Counted from the stretch's first letter, positions 32,615 through 51,039 are shown. The stretch is 64,000 nt of DNA from Eledone cirrhosa (GCA_964016885.1 OZ024740.1:113212001-113276000); one strand, 5' to 3'. Made by a program: numbers and translations. Notes: generated by a model not told the origin, from the sequence alone.

Positions 32615-33489
32615 AGATTCCAGTAGCACTGATAACAAATTGGCTCAAAGACATATGTAACTACTAGGTCTGTTAACTTAATTAGCTTTTCAAACTGCTC
32701 CATCACATCAACCATATCATAACGTTGCTTGAGAATTCTTTATTCAGCATAAGTTTAGAGCATCGAGGGAAGGGGGGCATACTTTTACTAAAATTAATTA
32801 TATTATTAAGGTTTAATTAAATTTGTTTAACCTTTGCTGTGAAATGTTATAGTCAATTGCTATTTTATATCTATAGTTAGTACATGAGCTTCATTTTTAT
32901 CATGGATAATTTCATACATATCTGCTATCTATTGGTCTGTCTATACCCAAAATCCCATAGTTTTTCACAGTTTTTCTATAAAACACTTAGAAATTCATAT
33001 CAGTATTTTTCCTCAAATTATTTCCAACTGTGTGACCAAGCGTATGTGAAAACGGTTTGCTTGTTTATTGTGACTCCAAGTGTTATTCTTGTGTTTGTTG
33101 TGAAAAATGTATTGTTTTGTGTTCATACCTTTATTGTTATTGTAACTATTATTGTTGTTAGTACTGCTGTTGTTTTTGTTGTTGTTACTTGTGTTGTCGT
33201 CGTTGCTGTTTGTGTTTTTGTAGCACCATTGGGATAATCACTAACGTTCTGTGATGTATTTTAATAATTCCCTTGGTGTGGGGTGACGTGTTTGAAATAG
33301 AAGCCTTTCAATTACTTTATTTCGTACACTCTAAAACATATTGTGGTATGATCAAAGAGTTTAGAGGCTTCTTTAGATATTGATGTGAAACTTTCGCTCA
33401 ATTAATCTTGCTTTCTGATAACACAACGTCACTTTCCATATTGTGGTGTGCGTTTACACACACACACACACATACACACACACACACAC

Positions 33490-33635
<146 letters not shown>

Positions 33636-33636
33636 T

Positions 33637-33670
<34 letters not shown>

Positions 33671-33729
33671 AATATTGCAAGCAGGGAAAAGCGGATGTAA
33701 GATAATGAAATATATATATATATATATTT

Positions 33730-37029
<3,300 letters not shown>

Positions 37030-37449
37030 TTATATATATATATATGTGTGTGTATGTGTGTGTGTGTATGTATGTGTGTGTGCCCGCGCATATGTGTATG
37101 CATGTGAGTGACTGTGTGCGTATGTGTCTTTCACGGTGTGGAATCTCACTTTGCCTATAATAACTGTGGTTACAGAGAACGTTATTACCAGTAACAAAAC
37201 TAACGAAACTACTTTGCTATCACAAAGCTAGACATATCCTTGTTGGTTATGTGAAATAGTTAAGAAATATTTAGAGGGATAAAATCCACTCCATAGTAAA
37301 CATGGTGCAACGTATTTTCAACAGCATTATTGTTCGTTTTGTATGTATGTATCGACGCCTATCTCCTGATGCAGTCGTAGGGTCGCTGCTTTTAAACCTG
37401 GCTGAACCCCTATCCTTATCTCCAGTGAAGTTGGAATAGAGAGTGAGAG

Positions 37450-37497
<48 letters not shown>

Positions 37498-37573
37498 GGG
37501 GGGGGGAGAAGAAGAAGAAGAAGAAGAAGAAGAAGAAGAAGAAGAAGAAGAAGAAGAAGAAGAAGAAGAAGAA

Positions 37574-37975
37574 AAGAAACTGGAACACAATAGACCTGAC
37601 CTGGTGGTTTGGGACAAAGAAAAAAGATCGTGCCTGATTGTGGATGTGGCCTGCCCATTCGACACGAGTGTGCAAGAGAAGGAGAGGGAGAAAATTAACC
37701 GATACCAGGACTTAAAGTGGGAGGTAAAAAGGATTTGGAACTGCCATGAAGTCAAAGTGATCCCGATTGTTATAGGCGCACTAGGGACTATCTCAAAAGG
37801 GATGGTTAAAGAAAATTGGCCCCTTCACGCTTTTTGGAACGCTTCAAAAGGCATGCTTGCTGGGAACAGCAAGAACCCTCCGATACGTCCTGAATATCTG
37901 AGGCTACAGGTAGTGGCTTGATATTCATTTCAACAAACTTTCCAGTTAACTAACATCAATGACTGAGACTCAAAG
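37574..37975 (+). mobile_element. 3' fragment of R4/Dong-like RLE LINE
   Basis: KKLEHNRPDLVV..IVDVACPFD..EKINRY; near-identical to the 3' end of 54797-58330; preceded by (GAA)n, followed by (AAT)n. Confidence 0.9.
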
Positions 37976-37984
37976 AGTAATAAC

Positions 37985-38056
<72 letters not shown>

Positions 38057-38060
<4 letters not shown>

Positions 38061-38450
38061 GACCTGACCTGGTGGTTGTGGACAAAGAAAAAAGATCGTG
38101 CCTGATTGTGGATGTGGCCTGCCCGTTCGACACGAGAGTGCAAGAGAAGGAGAGGGAGAAAATTAACCGATACCAGGACCTAAAGTGGGAGGTGAAAAGG
38201 ATTTGGAACTGCCATGAAGTCAAAGTGATCCCGATTGTCATAGGCGCACTGGGGACTATCTCCAAAGGTTTCCAGGGATGGTTAAAGAAAATCGGCCCCT
38301 TCACGCTTTTTGGAACGCTTCAAAAGGCATGCTTGCTTGGAACGGCAAGAACCCTCCGATACGTCCTGAATATCTGAGGCTGCAGGTAGTGGCTTGATAT
38401 TCAATCCAACGGACTTTCCAGTTAACCAACATCAATGACTGAGATTCAAG
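38057..38450 (+). mobile_element. Second 3' fragment of R4/Dong-like RLE LINE
   Basis: RPDLVV..ACLLGTARTLRYVLNI* plus 3' UTR; (AAT)n on both sides. Confidence 0.9.
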
Positions 38451-39049
38451 GAATAACAATAACAATAATAATAATAATAATAGTAATAATAATCAACATT
38501 CTATACTGCACTGGGAATATTTTATTAACTTTAAAAGGATCAAAGGCAAAGTTTACCTCGACGAAATATAATCTCAAAGAGCGTTGTGAGCTGGAATGAA
38601 TATCGTAAAGTATTCTATCCAGATCCTTCAAATCGTTCGGCCTCCTCGGTCTCTGGATGCCGTTTTCCACCGGCCAATCTGTACGGGAGCATCACACCTG
38701 AGGAAGGAACCCTTCGATTCGAATAAATAATGCAGCGGTGGATATCTCGTGTTATTCACCGCAGCAACACTTTCGCCATTTTTCGTAGCTGAAATAAGCA
38801 TCCAATCAAGTCTTTAGAGTTTCGCCCCTCTCCATTTACTTCTCCCTTTCTCTGACCTTTTTATTTCATTATTTTTCTTTTTGTCATTGTTGTATGGGTC
38901 CTGTAACTCCCTCAGAAGTTGTAGTGGTTACGTAGAAACATCCTTTTTAAATCCAGGCGGAACTCATCACTCGCCACGTCTGAACACTGCAGATGTCTCC
39001 CAGAGGATAGAGGGGTGAGAGAATAGATGTGAGAAAGAGATATAGAGGA

Positions 39050-39185
39050 AGAATCAACCCCAGTAGTGGACTGGTACATTTTCTGTTGACTTAGAAAGGA
39101 TGAAAGGCAAAGTTGACCTCGGTGGGATTTGAACTCAGAGAGCACAGAGCCATAAAACATTCTACCCGACGTTCTAGCAACTCGT
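39050..39185 (-). mobile_element. tRNA-derived SINE, diverged
   Basis: AAGGATGAAAGGCAAAGTTGACCTCGGTGGGATTTGAACTC is the reverse complement of the SINE core. Confidence 0.75.
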
Positions 39186-40027
39186 CGCATTATCTGTTTT
39201 GTTATTGTCATATTCTAAATATATTTGACAGTTATAGTCGGTGTTTGTTCAAATCCTATCAGGGCTTAACAATGTTTAATTTGCCCAACGAACGCCGTAA
39301 GTAACGATGGTGCCCTTAGGACTTTATCAAGAGTTACAAATAAATAATATGACGTTTGGCAATTAAACAATGATTACTATAAGTTTAATACTAAAAATAC
39401 TTTAATAGCAATTGATTTTCAAAATACATCACTAACCAGACAGTTGCTTCCATATAATAAACTCAAAAGTGAACAAGCAGCGGACCAAAACAACTAGCGT
39501 TACAGATTTCACATAACATTCAGAGCAAACAATGAAACCTGTACGTGGTCACTCATTCTGCTAGAAAGAGCAGCCAAAATACGCAAAGAAACGCAATCTA
39601 TTAGAAAGACGATTTCATGGATATATTTTAAGCAATACTGACAATGACTGTGTTACGCTTGTCTGCATGTATATGTCCTGATGATTCTGCATCTGTGCGT
39701 AGCCAATGAAGCGAAGGCACTTGGCATTTTGCTGAGTATACACTTAGGAATATCTGTTGCCGCCATTCTCCCCATTAGTTTTAACTATGCAAACATTAAT
39801 CTTCATATCTGCGTCTACTCTGGTATTTATTTATGCTTGAATGTATGTATATATGTATAAATACACACACATATTTGTATATATATATTTATATATATAT
39901 ATACATATTTTTCATGTATACATGTTTTCGTCTCCATTTAGCTATAAATGTGAATGATATCCTACGTAAATATATACATATATATACTCATATATATATA
40001 TATACACACACACACATACACACACAT

Positions 40028-40069
<42 letters not shown>

Positions 40070-40156
40070 TTACATATATATATATATATATTTCTGTATT
40101 AAAGTTTATATACATATATATATATTTATATATATATATATACATAACATAGACAT

Positions 40157-40365
40157 TTTAATATAGAAATGGCTTCTACAGGACTGGAACTGTTTTGTTC
40201 AGAGGAAATCATTAAGAAAGTGTTTCCTGGCAATTTCTTATGACTAAAACAGTTCTAGTCCTGTAGAAGCCATTTCTATATTAAACTTTATGTTTACACT
40301 CTATTAATATATGGAGTACCTTACTAACTGCGGTTACCCTCGGTAAAACCCAGGACCCACACAGA
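40157..40365 (+). mobile_element. Fold-back element (40-bp arms plus ~80-bp tail)
   Basis: Arms 40157-40196/40246-40285 with one mismatch; lies next to TA/CA repeats. Confidence 0.6.
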
Positions 40366-40967
40366 TATATATGCACAAACATTCAAAATTGTTTATTGAT
40401 ATGTAGAAACGAAAGAAAAGAGGAAATGAATAACAACCCCCATACACACGACATACACGCACACACACATACACACATACACACATACACATATATATAT
40501 ACACATATATATATACACATACATATGTATGTGTGTGTGGTGTGTGTCTTTGTGCTTGTGTGTATTATATATATACGCAAATACATACATACATACATAC
40601 ATACATACATACATACATACATACATACATACATACATACATACATACATACACAAATATATACATAAGGCATGCCTGATTTGTTGTAATGTCTCCAAGT
40701 GTCTGTAAGCTTATTTATTTACTTCTGCATGTGTGCATTGTATTCATAGTGAGCCTGTATCGACAAATATCTGTGTATTACTATACAACTTATCATGTAA
40801 CATTGTTATCTGTTTATTTTACATTGCATATTACTGTCAGTAGAGAAGCTAGCTGAGTAGATAATTCGCATGGAATCTAGCTCAGGCAGATGTAGTTCAA
40901 ATCTACCCAAAGGCTTTTCCAGGCAATCGATTTAACTTGGAACCGATGACGGATACATGTGTTATGA

Positions 40968-41365
40968 TTTGCTCGGCCGTGTTTATTACTTTCATCTTTC
41001 GTTTATTAAACCGAGTTTTCTACTTTGATCTTCAGTTTGATGAGCCGAGTTTATTATTTTCATCTTCTGTTGGTTATGCTGAGAATGTTTCAGTTTTTTG
41101 GTTTGCTGAGACAAGATTACTACCTACATCGTTCACTTACTGAGCAGAATATGCTCCCATCTTTTGTTTGTTGATTCGAGTTTGCTTCTATCATTTATTT
41201 GCTGCCTGAGTTTGCTACTACTCCCTTCAAAATGCTTTCGTTTGCTGAGCCGAGATTATTACTTCGATTTTAATTTGCTGAGCAGCGTTTACTTCTTTTA
41301 TCAATAACTTGGTGAGCCGGTTTACTATTCATGTCTCTTGTTTGCTATTCATGTCTCTTGTATTT
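40968..41365. repeat. Degenerate ~33-bp minisatellite
   Basis: Recurring TTTGCTGAGCCGAGTTTA-TACT..CATCTT motif. Confidence 0.65.
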
Positions 41366-42169
41366 TCCATACGTCTGCCAAGAAAATTACAAGTGGTAAA
41401 TTGTAAATGAGAGGCTATATTTTTAAGTTCAGGACCAGCGATACCATTAGTCCAACTAGGCAGTCACCAATGGCATAGACTCAGAGAGGGACATTACTGA
41501 ACCATGAAAAATCACAGATTTATACAAATTTGTATAATTAATTTAAATATATAATAATTTCCCCGCGATCAAAATATATATCATTAAATACCCAAACCGT
41601 TGTAGAAATATTTATAACGTTGGAGAGGGTTGTATGGTGTTATGACTTGTCACAGGATTTGGCCTGGGTGTGTGAGGATTGTGGAATAGAAAATGTAAAG
41701 CTTAGTTGTTTTCTTAGCCTTCGTAGAGCAAGAAATGTCACAAGATGTTTGTCAGCTTACTTAACTGAAAGTCGAAATTATTTTATTGTTGGGCTAGCTT
41801 AGAGCACTAAACATCTTTGCATCGCTCCTGTTTGTCATTCATTTCCTTTCCGCTTCTCAAACTGAATATATTTACGTAGAATATCATTCAGATTTATATA
41901 TCAATGGATATGAAAACAATGTGTCAGCAACAGTAAGTATTACTATTTCTTCGGCATCAATTTGTGCTAACCATTAATAAATAAGCCGTTGATAAACAAG
42001 ATTTTCGACATTTAAAACAGATTATCCAACTAGTCGGATTGATCTCTAGTGTTTAGCGCTGAAGTTCGTGTTATTTATTCATGAGTTATATTTTCAGAAT
42101 GAGCCCAAATATATATTGATGGAACATTTTCTGATCAGCATTTTATGAACATTAATCAGTGTACACTGA

Positions 42170-42430
42170 GGATGAACTCAGAGCTGTGCGGGAGCCTCCC
42201 AAAATCTCGAAAGTAACACAGAGGAGACTAAGGTAAGCTGGACATGCTCACTGACGTTCAGAGTTAACACTGCACTCAGTGCTCCCGTGGTAGCCCCTAT
42301 ATGGACACACTAGAAGAGGGAGACCGCGGTTGACATATGTTGATGACCTATGGACAGACAAAGCTCTCTTGGAGACGCAGGACATGGTGGCGATGATGAA
42401 GGTCAGAGACTGCTGAAGTGAACTCTTCCA
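42170..42430 (+). mobile_element. RTE-like LINE C-terminal fragment
   Basis: ELCGSLPKISK..RRLR*AGH..PW*PLYGHTRRGRPRLTYVDDL; several stops. Confidence 0.65.
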
Positions 42431-42945
42431 TGGATCTCGGGAATTTTACCCCTCTAGATAGGTAGATAGATTTTATGAACAGTACGTATTAACATTAAAC
42501 TGACATCTCTTCGGAATTTATTTGAGATGATCATCAATAAATATTCAGTTATGGCTGATTATAAAATATTAACTAACTGCTCTTATCCCACTAGCTATGG
42601 GTTAATGAAATGTTGATTTCTGTTGACTACAGGAAGATACGGCAAATTATATCTACTTATAACACATTCACTGTTATTACTTCTTTGTCACCCTTTATCT
42701 CGGTTAATTTAGATTTCATTTTCTTTTATCAACGACAATAATCACATTCAGTTATTATGGATAATCTATATTATCAATTAGTGGATCATTCATATAGCTG
42801 GGCGGGCTGCTCCAACCTTGGGAAATTTGTTAAATATATAGAGGAAAATATAGAAAGAAAGCATATAATGAAAAAGAGAGAGTGTTGGAGGAGTGATGGA
42901 CATTGATAAAGTTATGTAAATCAAAATATAACTTTAAAATAGTAG

Positions 42946-43047
<102 letters not shown>

Positions 43048-43225
43048 AAGGGTTTAATAGCCAGAGAAAAAGAGATATTTACAGTTTAAAATTTAAAAAT
43101 GTGAGAAATAAATAAAATAATTATATATTTAAACAATTCAACATGTATCTATGAATTTACTTACATGTGTATGTCTACAACTAAACACAATTCTGTCTAA
43201 GGAATACTATATATATATATGTATG

Positions 43226-43295
<70 letters not shown>

Positions 43296-43341
43296 CATAC
43301 ATATATATATATATTCATACATATATATATATTCATTCATT

Positions 43342-43411
<70 letters not shown>

Positions 43412-44845
43412 TAATAATAAATTTGAAAACTAAAATCCAAAGAGGGCTCGAAATTCTCCGGAACAGACTAGTCAGTTCGATTTCGTCAACGCCCAGAGCC
43501 GCTCCGATGCGTCGTCACACTTGGCCACCACTAATCCTCTATAGAAATCAAGTAGAGGCCAATGAGGTCAAATAATAAATTACAATGATACTAGCCGTTT
43601 ATCGATTTGTATAGGCCAAACCTTATAAATCTTACAGTCTCCTGACTCCAATACTTTCCCTGGTTGGTGCACGTACCATTTGTCTGCCTTGTCAAATCCT
43701 CACTTCTCTCAAAATTTGTGTCTTAAATGGTATTTCACCAAATGTAAGTTCTGGAATCTAAAAGGTTGTATGTTTGTATGGTTGCAACGTGATGTTTTTA
43801 TCTTAATATCTCTTTCGACAATTCACCAATCTGTATTTGCATCAAGTATTTATCGCCTATTTTTGATTGCTTCTTAATTGTCCTCATTAAAAGTAATGTT
43901 AATGTAATGTAACTTAAGTATTTTTACATAGATACTGAATGTACTTTGCAAATTTCATTCGTACAGAAGAAAAAAATAGATGTAAAAGTCTATTAAGATA
44001 TTTTATATACTTAGATGTTCTGGCTGTTTTGTAGCGACAGATATCCAATTGGAAAAATCGCTCGTTCATGTGAAATATATTTTAATTACGAAAATATATT
44101 TTAAGTAAATAATTGGCAAGTAAATAATAAGCTATCGACATTTAACTCGAAGTCAAATACGACTGAGCAGACTTTTAACCTCTTCTAATTCTGGATTGCT
44201 AGAAAGTTAATAATGTGGTAAATTTTCAAAGTCGTTAGAATACCGGACAGAATAGTTTGTTTGCTTTATTCAGTCTGGTTCTCTGCCCTCTGAGTTCAAA
44301 TAACACCAGGATGAACTTTGCTTTTCGTCATTTCCAGGTTGATACATGAAATAACAGTCTGATAAATAAAGTATAGTACTGACTATGAAGTCAATTATTC
44401 CTCTGTCTCAATATTTGACATTCCGTTTCTCATTCTTTGTGACTTAGTAGAAACTATTGTTTATTTTCAAACCCAGTGAAAGATGGATATTTCCAGATTT
44501 AAAATGCACAAGATGCCTCATGTCATGTGGGTGATCCTACGGTTCTCTCAAAAGTTCAGGGCTCATTGTTGGATAAAGTAGCTAGATATATATCAATGTA
44601 GGGAACGAATAAACAAATAATTATATGCAACAACAAATGGTCTAAGGACTGAGGAACAATCGCAAAAACCTGTAATTGACGACGTTAAGGCGTTTATTGC
44701 TGGAACTGTGGTTCAGCGCTTATCCCATTATAATTATTGGTTTATTCATTTATTCACGTATACTTCACTTACAACGAAAACACTTCACCGACCTACTTAA
44801 TTTTGCATTATAAATGTTTCATGAAATATACTAAAATAATATTAT

Positions 44846-45030
44846 GGATTGGCAGTATCGGTAGAGGGTCGGACGCTATGCTTTGACGTATAGAGTTACG
44901 GCCCTTGCCATTTTGAGTTCAAATCCCGCCGAGGTTAACTTTGCCTTTCATCCTTACGGGGTCGATAATATAAAGTACCAGTAATGCTCTGGATAATTTC
45001 TGGCCTTGTGCCAAACGTAGAAACAATTAT
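44846..45030 (+). mobile_element. tRNA-derived SINE
   Basis: A box TGGCAGTATCGG, B box GAGTTCAAATCC, body ending AGAAACAATTATT. Confidence 0.85.
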
Positions 45031-45039
45031 TTTTATTAT

Positions 45040-47200
45040 CCTTTCCTCCTCTTTATTTAACATGGATTTTCTCAGGAATGGCAGTATAAATGCACGTGGT
45101 CTGGGGTCGTTTTGGAAGCAGGGCCACCTGATCAACGCCTTCAGGTCACTGAATAGCGACGTAGTGGCCATCAAGGACAGCAGAATATCTGAGGGAGGAG
45201 CCTTCACACTCATATTTGGTGGCTATGAGTTGTATGCATCTCCAAGCTGTCAGGTATCCGGGGTTTGATTCACTGTATTGTTTCGGAAAGGCTTGGATCT
45301 CACGAAACGGGCGTAAGTTGTTTGTGCTAGATGTGACTGGCAGCGAGGAGCATGCTTTTAGCCTAGTGGCCGTCTATGATCTTACAGAGGCTGATAGGCC
45401 TGATTTCTTCAGGTGCTTAGAGAACTATTTTAGAACGTCTCGTCCTTAGTGTTAGTGATTGGAATAGTGTCTTAGACGCAAGCTGGGACTATGTGAGACT
45501 AGCAGATAGTCGAGTCGGTTGTAAAAGCCTCAGAAATCTGCTCAGGTGCTTTCAACTGTTTGACAGGCACCGATTGAATTTCCCAGATGTCCCAATGTTG
45601 ACAATGGTCAAACCGTTATTGGGTCATCCAGATCGTATTTAGATAGGGTATTCTGTAGAGAAATAAATAGATCTAGTATAGGTTGTGCACAATACAAAGT
45701 AGTCGATTACACAGATAAAAATCTGTGGCCTGTACACTCGTTTAAGTAGGCTTTATGGACAGGGACGCGGTTACTAAAAGCTGAGCGCGTCGATTCCCGC
45801 GCGCAAAGATTAGAGAGACAGGATAAGTGAATTAGTTAAGCAAATCTTGGAAAGGGCAATTAGAGTAGAATCGATAAGGTATAGTAAAGATTAGTGATAG
45901 AAAAAGTAGACTAGAAGTAGAACTAGTTAGAAAGCTCGATAGATTTCAACGGCGCTCTGTGAGGGAGACGGAGTGTTGCGGAAAGCCGATAACAGCCGGT
46001 GAAATGTGGGACGCGATGTTTAAATGTACAAGAGGCAAATCACCTGGATTGGATGGCCTGCCCTACGAGCTTTACGCAAATATGCCAGATTTGTTCGCTG
46101 ACAACTTATTGGACATTTACATCAATTGGCAGCATAACATTTGTTCTTTCGTTTTGTGGTACAGGTGGAAGACGCTTGCCGATGGTCAGGCGGTCCATTT
46201 GCTGCCAACACCCGCTAAGTGAAAGACAGGGTATGCCATGGATGATTATATGCAAACATGCGCTCAAGCTATATCATCTCCAACTCTACCTCTACTGTGA
46301 ACAGGCAATGTCACCATTTACTAGAGGCTGTATTCCACAGCTCATCTTATTGAGAGAGCTGTAGTTCTGGTTCAAGAGAAGAACCCGAGGAAACGCTTGA
46401 AAACTGGAATGTCTCCGATCGCCCACAGCCCGGAGCCAAACGGAGAGTGTAACCATTGGAAACTCCATCTTTGCTTTCTATGGAGAAATTAGGGGTTAGC
46501 GAAAATAGACTAGCCCCTATTTTCCAGGGAATTTTCCGTCCAATGCCCTTGGATAATTTCCAGAAATGCATGGCCTGGCAGTGCTAGAGAGGAGCTTTGG
46601 AAGTTCGAGATAAACTCTACAGGCATGGAAGTGTCGTAGGCCAAGCCTGTCCACTATGTGCGACGAGTGACGAAACCTTCCTGCACTCACTCATCGAGTG
46701 TCCGAATATGCTGACCTGTCTGCGGGTTTATGTCGAAAACCTGCTGACATGTGTGTGACAAACCCGGCTATAAACTGACTCCATTGTGAAGAACATCCCG
46801 CCATCTTCCTTTAGAGCGGAAGGACAAGCAGTTTTCTTCTGCCATGGTGAAAGAAGTCATGTGGTGGACGTACCTGAAAGATGTGAAGACAAGCAGCCCC
46901 AATTAACTTTTTCAGGTTTCACCTAAAGAGAGAAATCAGGGTGGAAAGGGGAATGCTACCTTGCAACCAGTTTGTTGAATGGTGGGTGAGAGAGGCGAGC
47001 ATTGTTCGAGTGAATGGGTTTTCTCTGAGTATGCTCCTGTAAATTGGAGGAAAACACCTAAGAGAGGGCACTTGCCCAAACGGTCAAGGACATCATCGGT
47101 TTTCGTGGGCTTTCTCCATGAGTGACCCTCACAGTTATCCCCACTTTTGGGGAATTTGTTATCTTTTTAATTTAAATGTTTATTTTTAGTTTTCTTTATA
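45040..47200 (+). mobile_element. Decayed Tx1/L1-like LINE ORF2 plus 3' UTR
   Basis: APE start MDFLRNGSINARGLGSFWKQ, GKSPGLDGLPYELY, C-terminal CPLCATSDETFLHSLIEC; homologous to 62763-63900; RT core absent. Confidence 0.8.
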
Positions 47201-48552
47201 CACCTTTCCCTCACACACAGAAACACACACATTGAACTGTCCTGTACCGTATGAGTAATATCCTGACTATCTAAGAATGTAGGGTGTAATTTCAGGGTGT
47301 GTTGACTATCATTTGTGTCAATTCAAGTAAGAACCCTGTAAAGACTGACCGAACAGAAAGGAAATGACGTCCTAGAGACGTTAAAACCAGGCCGTATATC
47401 CAATAAGGGGTTGGAATGTATTTCATAGTCACTAGAAATGCTAGAAAGTGCAACTAAATTATCCTGAAATGATGCACAACCCGTCTTAAAATTTACTATA
47501 TAAATAATGCCGTGGACGATTCCCTGAACATATAGAAACTACGGGGTCCTCACAGCTAAAATTCCTTTCATTTTAGGCCTTCTCGATTCGGGTTGACCTG
47601 GGAAAAATCAATAATAATTGGTTAATATTTATTCATCTCTGCTTGAAAGTATTTATTTGATAGAATCCACTATGTTGTCCACGTATAAAATACCTCACGC
47701 TCATCAGTTTATTTGCATTAAGAATTTACATTCATTGCTTAAGAGGTAGCCATCTCTATTTTGTAATGTGAGAGCCAACAGGGTTGCCGATCCTTGTTTA
47801 TCATAACCAATCATATTTCATTAGCATTGATACGTGATTTGAATAGCTAAATCGAATCCGGTGTCGTTTGCTTCGCTTTCAGCTGATTAACGGATATCCA
47901 ATGGGATGAGATATATATTTCTATCCATCGAACACTGATTCACTTTTAGCAATGGCGGTCGAAACTGAGACGGTAAAAAAAAAAAAAAAATGGAGAGAAA
48001 GAAAAAAAGAAATTAAATATTTTCATCCAAAGGTAGAAGCAAGTATAGGAAGATGACATAAAAAAAATAACATCAGAAAAGAAGAAAAAGACAATAACAT
48101 AAGAAAGACAGAGAAAGGTACAAACAAATATGAAAGATGTCTGAAAGACACGATGATGATGTGGAAGGAATGATATCGAAATAAAGAGATTAATAGCGAA
48201 AATGAGAATAATTTCTAATTTAGGTACAAGGCCAGCAATTTAAGGAGAGGGGAAATGTCGATTATGTAGAACCCAGTACTTCACTAGTACTTGATTTTAT
48301 CGACCCCGGAAGGATGAAGTCAAATTAAAGAGCCGTAACTAAATGATTTGTCTGATACCTTAACAATTCTGCCAATCTCAAGGGCATGAAAAAGAAAACG
48401 AAGAAAATGTAAAAGTAAATAAATTCTTAAAATAAAATTGCGTAAAAGAGAAGGTGCGTATTGGTGACTGAATGGTTAGGGCGCAGTGTATCTAACAGGG
48501 GAGTTGGCGGCATGTATCATGTCATCATTAAATCATAGCTACGTCTCTTTAC

Positions 48553-48871
48553 AGTCTGAGTTCAAATCCCGCCGAGGTTAACGTTGCCTTTCATCCTTAC
48601 GGGGTCGATAAAATAAAGAACCAGTAATGTACTGGGTAATTGCTGGCCTTGTGCCTAAAGTAGATACAATTATATATGTAGATATAGGATGGCAGTATTG
48701 GTAGAGTGTCGGATGCCATGCTTTGACGTATAGAGTTACGGCCCTTGCCATTCTGAGTTCAAATCCTGCCAAGGTTAACTTTGCCTTTCATCCTTACGGG
48801 GTCAATAAAATAAAGTACCAGTAATGCACTGGGATAATTGTCGGCCTTGTGCCAAAAAGTAGAAATAATTA
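48553..48871 (+). mobile_element. Two tandem tRNA-derived SINEs
   Basis: SINE core at ~48556-48672 and ~48687-48870. Confidence 0.85.
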
Positions 48872-48884
48872 TATATATATAAAT

Positions 48885-49248
48885 GGAAAAAATGAAACGA
48901 AATTTCATTTCTCACTCTTGGTACGGCACTTACTTAAATGTAAGTATGTATACGTACATACATATATGTATACAGACGTACAGTAGTATGTATATATATA
49001 CATACATGCACACATATATATATATGTACGTATGGATTTACCGAACATTTATTATAATGCTCGGTTTGTTTGTAAACAAACATCCCGAATTAAGCCGTAC
49101 AGTGTTTAGCAACCATCGTTGCCCTTTTGTTCAACACTGACAAAGGAACGATGTACTAGTTTCAAGCTTATTAGCTATCGTCAGTATCGTATACCTTCCT
49201 GCCAGATGATTGAACGTCTGAAAGTATATACTTTCCTTATGCATATTA
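48885..49248 (-). mobile_element. Diverged solo copy of family H unit with hammerhead (~49149-49189)
   Basis: Minus strand CGATA-CTGACGA-T-AGCT(AATA)AGCT-T-GAAA-CTAG-TA-CATCG. Confidence 0.75.
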
Positions 49249-50637
49249 ACCTGGTGGTTAGTTTATTTATCGACTCTGGAAAGATGAAACGTAAAAACAT
49301 AAGTCTAACCTAAGATAGATTTGGAACTATGAACACAGAAAACCGTAACGGTCAGAATAAAGCTCTAATAACTCTGCCAGTTCGCAGCCTTTACACGTCT
49401 GAAAATATAACTTTAAAGAAATATGAAGTTAAATAAAATAATAAAAGAAATGCAGGTAAAATATGGAATGACGAGGGAATCATAAAAAACGCTCAACACA
49501 ATAAAAGATAAAATATATCATGAGACTCGAAGAAAAAAAAATGAAAATATGGAAGGCTGGAAGAAAGAAAATAAAAATATAAAAATTCTGAAGTGAAAAT
49601 AGACAAGCATAGTGTTAAAAGATGGAATAAATGATGGAAGTAGTAAAGAAGGAAAACAAACGAGATAAATGGATTTGAGAATAAAGAACTACTGATGTAA
49701 AGAAGTAAAATAAACATACATGAAACAAGAAAGAATGAAGAAAAGGAAAGACTTAAACATATCAGAAAAAAGAGCGAAATAAGGGGAGCTAATAAATGGA
49801 AAAGCCTGTTCACGAGGATTTAGGGGTAGTGTGGGAATTGTAAAGTTTAATTAACACGCAATTTAAAGAGAAGAAAAAAAAATTAAGGTCCTTTGAAAGG
49901 TGTAATGGTAATTAATTAAAATTAACATAGAATGTGTTTCAAAACTTCATATTTAGTTAAAGGAGTAATGTAGACACACACACACAAACACACACACACA
50001 TACACACATAAACACACACATGCATACACACGCACACACACACACACACACAAACTTACATATATATGTTTACACACTATATACACACATTACACACGCA
50101 CATATATATATATATATATATATATTTACGAACACAGACGTACACGCACGCAAACAAACATACGCACGCACACAAACACATATGTGAATACTTATTTGCA
50201 CATACACATGTACAATACATACCGTTGCTGACGCATTTGATTTATGCACGTGTTTGTTCTGCCACACAAGGTTGCACGTATATATAAATACCAAAAATAT
50301 GTGTATGCAAGTGTGAGTGGGTGTGTAGGTGTTTATGTACGTATCTGTGTTCGTTTGTGTGTGTGTGATTACAAGCAAGAGGAAATTACTTAATACAAAT
50401 ATTCACTGTAGTGGTAGAATCGGACATTGCTCTTATGCAAGTTCCAACGTCCACATCTAATTAGTCATATCCACATCCAATTAGTCATATCCACATCTGG
50501 TCGCCCTTATTCTACATGCGCTCTTAAGATCTGCTGTGTACCACTGCATCGCACGTGAACAATACGTTATTCATATTACCATTCTTATTTTTTTTAGATA
50601 GGGCTGTGGTTGACTCGAATCATTATTAGACCCAGTG

Positions 50638-50830
50638 AGGCGGTGGATTGGCACTATCGGTAGAGGGTCAGACGCCATGCTTTCCGCATAGAGTTACGCC
50701 CCTTTATGACCTGAGTTCAAATCCCACCGAAGTTAACTTTGCCTTTCACCCTTACGGAGTCGATAAAATAACGCACCAGTAATGAACTGGAATATTTGCT
50801 GGCCTTGTGCCAAAAGTAGAAGCAATTATT
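50638..50830 (+). mobile_element. tRNA-derived SINE, full length
   Basis: GGCGGTGGATTGGCACTATCGG start, B box, ATT tail. Confidence 0.85.
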
Positions 50831-51039
50831 AGACCTAGTGATTTAAGAAGCCTATTGTTCCAAACCAAAAATAAAATAATAATAAAAATTAAAGACTCCC
50901 TTCGCACTAGAAAGTTCCAATCCGAGGCACAAGTATGAGTAAGGTGTTTGTGTGAAAGACCAACAGTCTACCATGCATGCCAGTCTCAAATCTTCGATTA
51001 TTCCAAGGGAAAGGCAAATGGCGATACATCTATACAACT

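Noticed and set aside
38620-38720. GC-rich stretch with GGCCTCCTCG reminiscent of an HDV-like ribozyme
   Set aside because: Could not build the nested double pseudoknot by eye.
43465-43525. Minus-strand GTGACGA...GAAA-TCGA hammerhead-like motif
   Set aside because: C3 and the cleavage-site U are absent and there is no stem I; at most a decayed relic.
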